Shown here: positions 1 through 5,066 of the stretch, piece by piece | Layout: every line of letters starts with the position of its first letter | Numbering within the stretch: the stretch's first letter is position 1 | Assembly: GCA_000004985.1 (NCBI GenBank) | Contig: GG739169.1 | Length of the DNA stretch: 5,066 bases | Source of the DNA: Naegleria gruberi | Taxonomy: Eukaryota | Direction: 5' to 3' (one strand) | Position numbers and translations under genes: made by a program | The notes under the pieces: generated by a model | What the model saw: only the letters and a program-made list of their open reading frames with translations | The model's database searches: none | Told to the model about the DNA's origin: nothing

Positions 1-128
1 CTAAAAATATAATTAATTATTGGATTAATAGATGTGAAATATTATTACAAAAACAACAACAAGATAATAATAATAATATACAATTATATATTTATGAATA
101 AAAATGTTGAATTGTGTGTGCTTTCTGT

Positions 129-139
129 TTTAAAAAAAA
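129..139 (+). promoter_or_regulatory. A-rich translation-initiation context (aaaaaaaaaaATG)
   Basis: Seen directly in the sequence. The same A-tract-before-ATG arrangement recurs at 2399-2414, 3503-3512 and 4841-4845, before each of the four genes. This is the known dictyostelid Kozak-like preference. Confidence 0.4.
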
Positions 140-1000
140 ATGTATGAAATTGAAAAGAAATTTCTCTTCTCTAAAACATGGTTAAATAATGCACCATCAC
201 TATTATTAAAAAATACAAATAAATTACCATCATTATCTTTATTTAATAATAATAATATCGGAACACAATGTAAAAGTGATGGATTATTACAATTATTAAA
301 TAAATCAACATTTATAGGAGAAACAACATTTACAGATACATATTATGATATTTTAAATAATAATAATAATAATATAATATTACAATATAATGATAATACC
401 AATATTCATAATACTAATAATATTAATAATAAATATTTATTATCTAGATTAGATATTTGGTTTAGAAAAAGAAATAATTTATTTGAAATTAAAATACCAC
501 ACAATATGTCAAATAAATTAAATAATAATACTAATTATTTAAATTTTATAAATCAAGAAATTAATTTATTAAAACAATTAAATTATTCAAATATTGATCA
601 ATATAAAGAAATTACTAATAATGATGAAATTTTAAATTTATTAAATTTTATATTAAATATTAAATATCATAATTTAAATGAAATTTTAAATAATAATTTA
701 ATTGAACCATATTCATCAATACAAACAATTAGAAAAACATTTAAATTTAATGAATTTAAAATAGATTTAGATGAATCTATACAAATATATCCAAATTATA
801 TTAATGATTTATGTCAAATTGGTGAAATTGAATTAATTGTTGAAAATGAAAATGAAATTGAATTGGCATCTCAAAAAATTATTAATTTATGTAAGGAATT
901 TAATTTACAAACAGAAGAAGGAAATAAAAGTAAATTATTTACTGCAATTCAATTATCAAGTAAGGAACATTGGAATGTATTACAAGAATCTGGAATTTAA
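140..1000 (+). CDS. CYTH-domain protein, thiamine-triphosphatase-like (25-kDa ThTPase family); single exon, 286 aa
   Basis: The ORF is complete, with an A-tract (129-139) directly before the ATG. The N-terminal E-x-E-x-K signature (YEIEKKF) matches the start of the CYTH domain. From memory of the human THTPA sequence I recognise three matching blocks: FTDTYYD against human FRDTYYD, LDIWFRKRNNLFEIKIP against WLRRREDSGWELKCP, and IGEIELIVENENEIELASQKI against VGEVEALVHEEAEVPTALEKI. The stop is at 998-1000 and is followed by AATAAA motifs. Asn-rich insertions are typical of dictyostelid orthologues. Confidence 0.75.
   Translation: MYEIEKKFLFSKTWLNNAPSLLLKNTNKLPSLSLFNNNNIGTQCKSDGLLQLLNKSTFIGETTFTDTYYDILNNNNNNIILQYNDNTNIHNTNNINNKYLLSRLDIWFRKRNNLFEIKIPHNMSNKLNNNTNYLNFINQEINLLKQLNYSNIDQYKEITNNDEILNLLNFILNIKYHNLNEILNNNLIEPYSSIQTIRKTFKFNEFKIDLDESIQIYPNYINDLCQIGEIELIVENENEIELASQKIINLCKEFNLQTEEGNKSKLFTAIQLSSKEHWNVLQESGI
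356..373 (+). repeat. (AAT)6 coding trinucleotide repeat (Asn run) inside the ThTPase-like CDS
   Basis: Seen directly in the sequence. It encodes NNNNNN. Confidence 0.9.
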
Positions 1001-1016
1001 ATAAAAGATTAATAAA
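1000..1016 (+). terminator. Candidate poly(A) signals (AATAAA at 1000-1005 and 1011-1016) for the 140-1000 gene
   Basis: Two canonical hexamers lie immediately after the stop codon. Such hexamers occur frequently by chance in AT-rich DNA, so this is weak evidence. Confidence 0.3.
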
Positions 1017-1460
1017 ATAAAAGTTGTATTAAATTAAATCTTAAACTTTTTAAAACTCAATCCTTTAAGCAATATTATGATTCATGTTCAAATACTCGTA
1101 TTCCTGCCTCCTTTGATTCAAGTAATGTGTTTGCGAGCGTTGGTCCTGCGACTCAAGAAAAACACCTTCTTATACATTCGCATTTTGATTTTTCATTAAC
1201 CTCTTAAGTTCCCCAAGGTAGTGTCGTTCGAGTAAATTATAGATCTTTCCGTATCATATTTCCGAGGTTGTATTTAGCTTAAGTTGTATTACAGACTAAT
1301 TAATGATTGTTGGTAATCACAGTACTATGAGATTTTCTGTTGTGGAAGATGTATCATATAAAATTCCTAAGTATATGCAGACTAATTATATGAAACTGTC
1401 GTAACGTCATTATAACGCTATCGACTTTCGTCGTTTAGTTGATAGAGGTATTCCATCTTG

Positions 1461-1686
1461 ATGTTTGTTATACTGCACCAAACATTCTTTGAACTTCAGA
1501 TTAACAGCTTAGTAAACTGGGCCGTACCGAACAAGATGGAAGTGGTATTAATAGACATCTAACGTACATGTGTATCCATACTTGTCTTTAGTGGAATGAA
1601 TATATGAGTTTTGACGATCATTAGCTTATGTATTACATCGAGTCATAACCCAATATTTTCTTCTCAAATAATGACTCAACAATTGA
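1461..1686. repeat. Copy A of a diverged repeat unit of about 230-240 bp, truncated by the assembly gap
   Basis: It aligns by eye to 1741-1980 with shared blocks in the same order: atgtttgttata, cattctttgaactt, taaactgg, caagatggaagtggt, gtggaatgaata, (t)atgtattacat and ttcttctcaaat. I estimate roughly three quarters identity. Confidence 0.7.
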
Positions 1687-1736
1687 NNNNNNNNNNNNNN
1701 NNNNNNNNNNNNNNNNNNNNNNNNNNNNNNNNNNNN
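1687..1736. other. Assembly gap (50 N)
   Basis: The N run is seen directly. Its position between two repeat copies suggests a repeat-induced assembly break, so the true distance and copy number are unknown. Confidence 1.
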
Positions 1737-1740
1737 TCGT

Positions 1741-1980
1741 AATGTTTGTTATATTTCATCAATCATTCTTTGAACTTTTCAGATGGAACAGTTTGGTAAA
1801 CTGGATGTCACCGTATAACCATCTCCACAACACAAGATGGAAGTGGTCTAGTACATGTCTATCCCAAACTTGTTTCTAGGTAGTGGAATGAATACAGAGA
1901 GTATGAATTTTTATGATGATTAGGGTATGTATTACATACCCTATATGTTCTTCTCAAATTATGCCTCAGAATTATTTTCA
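1741..1980. repeat. Copy B of the diverged repeat unit of about 230-240 bp
   Basis: It shows the same ordered sequence blocks as copy A (see above). Confidence 0.7.
1921..1943. other. Perfect 23-nt palindrome/hairpin, tagggtatgt-att-acatacccta
   Basis: Seen directly. A 10-bp perfect inverted repeat surrounds a 3-nt centre. Three of its stem pairs are G:C, which is unusual in this genome. It is present only in copy B; copy A has a degenerate version at about 1625-1640. Confidence 0.8.
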
Positions 1981-2414
1981 TTGTACAACTAACGTGAACT
2001 ATGGATAATAAACAAACAACATCATTAACAACACGTATCAGTAAAATTCTACATATACATTTCTGCAGATTATTGGGAAAAGTAAGTATATTAGAAAAAA
2101 CCATATACATTACATTTTGTGTTAAAATCAATAGTTTCGAATAATGAACCTTTGCTCTTTCATCTCTAATCTACCACAATCAAAAGTTTAAGTGTAATTC
2201 TATTTATTACAGTTCCTTATTACATGCTTTGCCTTTTCGTTTTGGTAAACATTCTTCCGTTCTACATGTTTCGAATTTTTGCAATTCGAATTTCAAATGA
2301 TCCAATTTTACTGAACTCAATGCATATATATAACCAAGCCACATTGTACCATACAAATCTATTATTAAAAGTTCATTCATTTAAAATATTGAATTAATTC
2401 AAAAAATAAAAAAA

Positions 2415-3401
2415 ATGACATCACGATATATATTCAATAAAAATTTAGAACATGAACAAGTGAAAGCATCTAATAAATATCATAATACAGAAACTAAGAG
2501 AGTATTAACAGTTAAATTTGATAGAGATTCTAAAAATCAATATGTAACAAATTTAAAAAAACGTAAAGATATAAATCGTGTAATTGGATATGAACAACAG
2601 AAAAGACATGATGAAAAAATTAAACAACAAGAAAAGGAAGAAAAGAAATTAAGATATGATGAAATGTTAAGAAGTTTAGATATTGATCCTGATCAATTTA
2701 AAGGAAATTCTAAAAAGAATGAATATGAAAGATTATTAAAAAAACAAAAAACATTAAATGATGGAGTTAATGATGAAGATGATGAAGATGATGATGATGA
2801 TGGATTTAAATCTTCAACATTTAATTTAAAAACTGATATGGATAGTAGTGAAAGTGAAAGTGATGATAATACTAATAATAATAATCAACAATTTTTATTA
2901 AATATGAATAATCAATCAGATGATGATGAAGATGAAGCTGATAATAATGATGAATCATCGGAAGAAGAAGAAGAAGATAATAATAATATTAAAACATATA
3001 ATAATAATAATAATGAAGATGGAGAAGAATCATCATCAGTTTCAGTAACAATTAAACCATTTAATTTTAATACAGGTAGTTTTGATTCAGAAGAATCATC
3101 TGATAGTAGTAGTGATAGTGATGATAGTGATAATAGTGATGATGAAGAAAAGAAAGAAGAAAGAAAAGTATCAATTCGTCATCAAGTACTTTCACTTAAA
3201 CCTCATGAATTAAATAGAAAGATTGTAGAAATGCAAAGAGAAAAGAAAAAGGAAAAGAAACAAAAGAAATTTAATCCACAAAAAGCAGCACAAGATTTGA
3301 AAAAGAAAAAGAAATTTAAAAAGGAAGGTAAATCATTTGCTGAAAAAAAGAGAGAAGAAAAAAAGAAGAAACAACATGCTCAAAAAAGAAAGAGAAGATA
3401 A
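2415..3401 (+). CDS. Acidic, Ser-rich and Lys-rich protein, probably of the Nop25/NOL12/Rrp17 nucleolar family; single exon, 328 aa
   Basis: The ORF is complete with an A-tract before the ATG, and there is an in-frame stop upstream at 2382. The N-terminal block VKFDRDSKNQYVTNLKKRK resembles the family motif v-FDeE-Rr-yLTGFhKRK as I recall it. The central D/E/S low-complexity region is dense with casein-kinase-2-type sites. The basic K/R-rich C-terminal tail (KKKKKFKK...KRKRR) is typical of nucleolar or pre-ribosomal proteins. The family assignment comes from memory of the motif, not from a search. Confidence 0.55.
   Translation: MTSRYIFNKNLEHEQVKASNKYHNTETKRVLTVKFDRDSKNQYVTNLKKRKDINRVIGYEQQKRHDEKIKQQEKEEKKLRYDEMLRSLDIDPDQFKGNSKKNEYERLLKKQKTLNDGVNDEDDEDDDDDGFKSSTFNLKTDMDSSESESDDNTNNNNQQFLLNMNNQSDDDEDEADNNDESSEEEEEDNNNIKTYNNNNNEDGEESSSVSVTIKPFNFNTGSFDSEESSDSSSDSDDSDNSDDEEKKEERKVSIRHQVLSLKPHELNRKIVEMQREKKKEKKQKKFNPQKAAQDLKKKKKFKKEGKSFAEKKREEKKKKQHAQKRKRR
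2772..2801 (+). repeat. (GAT/GAA)n coding repeat (Asp/Glu run) inside the Nop25-like CDS
   Basis: Seen directly: gatgaagatgatgaagatgatgatgatgat. Further acidic/Ser and (AAT)n runs follow up to about 3150. Confidence 0.85.
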
Positions 3402-3512
3402 ATTATTTAAAATTATATTTAATTATTATTTAATATTTTAAAAGTTCATTAAAATAGTTCATCATGCCATTCATTGATGAATATATTTATTTTTATAATT
3501 TATTAAAAAAAA

Positions 3513-4169
3513 ATGTCATCACAACAACAACAAGTATCTAATACTAATAATAATAATAATAATAATATAATAACAGAACCTGAAGATACTAATGAATATA
3601 AATTTAAACATTATTGGGATTCTAGATTTGAAAAAGAAGAACAATATGATTGGTTAGGAACATATTCACAATGGAAACAATATCTTACTCCTATTTTATT
3701 ATCTACTAATACTACTACTACTACTATTATTAATAATAATACTATTAATAACAATACAACTGATGATAATAATAATACTATTAATGAAAAGAAAAAAGAA
3801 TTAAAAATCTTAATTATTGGATGTGGTAATAGTACACTTGGACAAGATATGTATATGGATGGATATACAAATATAATAAATATGGATTATAGTAGTAAAG
3901 TGATTGAAAAGATGAAATTAAAATATCCAAATATGGAATGGATTGAAATGGATATGTTAGATATGAAAGGATTTGAAAATGAAACATTTGATATTGTATT
4001 AGATAAAGGTACCATGGATGCACTTGTTGTTGATGCAGGTGATCCATGGGATCCTGAACAACACGTTAGATATGAAACTTTAAAAATGTGTAAAGAAATT
4101 TATAGAATTTTAAAACCAAGTGGTAGATTTTTACAAATTACTTTTTCACAACCTCATTTTAGAAAAATT
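3513..4169 (+). CDS. Exon 1 of a class-I SAM-dependent methyltransferase, EEF1A-lysine methyltransferase 4 / ECE2-N-terminal-domain family
   Basis: YWDSRFEKEEQYDWLGTY matches the family N-terminal motif (human EYWDQRY...YDWFGDF). KILIIGCGNS is the Rossmann motif I. NIINMDYSSKVIEKM matches human NVTSVDYSSVVVAAM. FDIVLDKGTMDALV matches FDVVLEKGTLDALL. LKPSGRFLQITFSQPHFRK matches LVPGGRFISMTSAAPHFRT. A GTATGT donor begins at 4170, directly after the Ile codon, so the intron is phase 0. Confidence 0.8.
3546..3566 (+). repeat. (AAT)7 coding repeat (Asn run) near the N-terminus of the methyltransferase; (CAA)4 at 3525-3536 and (ACT)5 at 3711-3725 lie nearby
   Basis: Seen directly. These are low-complexity insertions relative to animal orthologues. 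Confidence 0.9.
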
Positions 4170-4261
4170 GTATGTTTTATTTTTATATTTTTATATTTTT
4201 ATATTTAAATTTAATTTTATTTAATTTTATTATATTTAATATTTTTAATATTTTAAAATAG
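4170..4261 (+). other. Intron (92 nt, GTATGT...ATAG, essentially A/T only)
   Basis: The canonical dictyostelid donor GTATGT and acceptor AG are present, and the interior is nearly pure A/T. Splicing joins ...HFRKI to FLNPQTEDNQNVLDWSIKHVYVEEIGFGYPLFNIQKPPFN*. This restores homology to the C-terminus of human EEF1AKMT4: WSIKH matches WSLRH and GFGYPLFNIQK matches GFHFHLYLMHK. The unspliced read-through instead gives the nonsense tail IVCFIFIFLYFYI. Confidence 0.75.
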
Positions 4262-4384
4262 TTCTTAAATCCACAAACAGAAGATAATCAAAATGTATTA
4301 GATTGGTCTATTAAACATGTATATGTTGAAGAAATTGGATTTGGATATCCTTTATTTAATATTCAAAAACCACCATTTAATTAA
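4262..4384 (+). CDS. Exon 2 (terminal) of the EEF1AKMT4-like methyltransferase; stop TAA at 4382-4384
   Basis: See the intron evidence. There are 40 codons in frame after the acceptor, and their similarity to the C-terminus of the human family member continues. AATAAA lies downstream at 4422-4427. Confidence 0.72.
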   Translation, partial: FLNPQTEDNQNVLDWSIKHVYVEEIGFGYPLFNIQKPPFN

Positions 4385-4421
4385 TTATTTTAATACTTTC
4401 TCTATTTAATAATTAAATATT

Positions 4422-4427
4422 AATAAA
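4422..4427 (+). terminator. Candidate poly(A) signal AATAAA for the methyltransferase gene
   Basis: The hexamer lies 38 nt after the stop codon. Chance occurrence is likely in AT-rich sequence. Confidence 0.3.
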
Positions 4428-4845
4428 ATATATCATTCACAAACACTTTATTCTCGAAAGAAATAGTATTATTATAGTTTTATCTCCAATTGATAAATGC
4501 TCTATCTTTATATTCTGAACTGTGTGTCTGGTGCAAACAAATTAATCAGGTTGATGATAGAGAGAGAGATAAAAAGTAATTGTAGAATATTTCAAACGAT
4601 GGCTTTCAAAAGTATAAACGTTAAACCGTTTTAAAAATTTAAATCAACAAATCCTTAAAAAAAAACATCACTCTCCCTTAACAATTTATTGTACTAGCAC
4701 CATCACTACTTTCTCACTTAGTATTATCATCATCATCAACATTAATAGGAACATAATCTAGGCCATCTTAAACACATTACAACTATTTATTATATAATAC
4801 TAATAATAATACTAATACTAATATTAATAAGAATAATACATAAAA

Positions 4846-5066
4846 ATGTCATCGGAAAGTAGATCATCATCAACATCTAAAAGAAGACATTCTAAAGTAA
4901 ATATAGTAAAACAAGATGGTATTAATGATTTTTTAAAATCCTTAGAATCTGAAATTGAATTAAATAGAGGTTATTTAAATAGAAGTAAATCTTCAAAATC
5001 ATCATCTTCATCCTTAAATAAATCATATAATGATGAAAATGATAATAAATTAGTAACACAATCAAC
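4846..5066 (+). CDS. 5' end of a Ser-rich protein of unknown function (partial; runs off the window end)
   Basis: The start is aaaaaATG. The frame stays open for 73 codons to the window edge (MSSESRSSSTSKRRHSKVNIVKQDGINDFLKSLESEIELNRGYLNRSKSSKSSSSSLNKSYNDENDNKLVTQS...). Codon usage matches the neighbouring genes. The upstream 400 bp is non-coding. It is missing from the ORF track because it has no stop codon within the window. Confidence 0.5.
   Translation, partial: MSSESRSSSTSKRRHSKVNIVKQDGINDFLKSLESEIELNRGYLNRSKSSKSSSSSLNKSYNDENDNKLVTQS

Larger units (their letters stand above)
1040..2400. other. ORF-free island, less AT-rich than the flanks; candidate transposable-element or complex-repeat remnant, or ncRNA locus
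   Basis: G and C content rises visibly compared with the flanking genes and their A/T-only spacers. There is no long ORF on any frame (the only one is an 90-aa minus-strand ORF). The island contains diverged tandem units, short internal direct repeats (cagactaatta at 1292-1302 and 1378-1388) and an assembly gap. In dictyostelid genomes, non-coding DNA of this composition is usually repeat-derived or an RNA gene. Confidence 0.45.

Noticed and set aside
1-139. Possible 3' end of an upstream gene at the window start
   Set aside because: Only about 45 codons of open frame run before the window edge, composed of AT-rich low-complexity sequence. This is insufficient to call.
1090-1125. tcctgcctcctttgattcaagtaatg, which superficially resembles a primate Alu segment
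   Set aside because: The similarity is short and partial, and it sits in a dictyostelid context, so a chance resemblance is far more likely. There is no other Alu structure.
1190-1240. Possible tRNA gene, searched for because TRE retroelements in Dictyostelium target tRNA genes
   Set aside because: I scanned both strands of 1040-2400 for GGTTCGAATCC-type T-loops and GC-rich cloverleaf arms. Only isolated ttcgaa/ttcgag hexamers occur (1226, 2145, 2270, 2284), and none has complementary acceptor or T stems. There is no credible tRNA.
1859-2131. 90-aa minus-strand ORF overlapping repeat copy B
   Set aside because: It lies inside the diverged repeat and has no recognisable domain. It has Cys/His/Arg-rich composition unlike the neighbouring real genes, and a poor start context. 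It is most likely a chance ORF in G/C-richer repeat DNA.
2082-2134. Intron-like GTAAGT...ATAG segment on the + strand inside the non-coding island
   Set aside because: It has no flanking open reading frames on either side, so no protein exon structure can be built. It could only matter if the island is a spliced non-coding transcript, which cannot be judged from sequence.
3814-4047. 77-aa minus-strand ORF antisense to the methyltransferase exon 1
   Set aside because: It is an antisense shadow of a strongly supported + strand CDS. Its Tyr/Leu/Gln-rich composition is what reverse-complemented AT-rich codons produce, and it has no homology.
4723-4740. tcatcatcatca on the + strand as a minus-strand box-C (TGATGA) element
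   Set aside because: The spacing to any CTGA/D box is far too long, there is no terminal stem, and the simple (TCA)n repeat is more parsimoniously promoter-region low complexity.

Overview
The window is extremely AT-rich, with asparagine-, glutamine- and threonine-run codon repeats in its coding sequence (AAT)n, (CAA)n and (ACT)n. Genes sit on A-tracts just before the ATG, and there is a short AT-rich GTATGT...AG intron. These are hallmarks of a dictyostelid (Dictyostelium-like) nuclear genome, not a prokaryote. I see no CRISPR, operon, defence-island or prokaryotic mobile-element structure. Four protein-coding genes all lie on the + strand. The first (140-1000) is a CYTH-domain protein closely resembling animal 25-kDa thiamine triphosphatase. 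The second (2415-3401) is an acidic, serine- and lysine-rich protein that probably belongs to the Nop25/NOL12/Rrp17 nucleolar family. The third (3513-4169 joined to 4262-4384 across a 92-nt intron) is a class-I SAM-dependent methyltransferase of the EEF1AKMT4/ECE2-N-terminal family; the supplied ORF track misses its intron. The fourth starts at 4846 and is serine-rich, of unknown function. It runs off the 3' end of the window. The most unusual stretch is a roughly 1.35-kb ORF-free island at about 1040-2400. Its base composition is visibly less AT-rich than true dictyostelid intergenic DNA. It holds two diverged copies of a unit of about 230-240 bp on either side of a 50-N assembly gap, plus a perfect 23-nt palindrome. 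This is most plausibly a transposable-element or complex-repeat remnant. A small-RNA gene family is less likely. I cannot identify a novel multi-gene system here; the honest reading is ordinary housekeeping genes plus one repeat-associated non-coding island.
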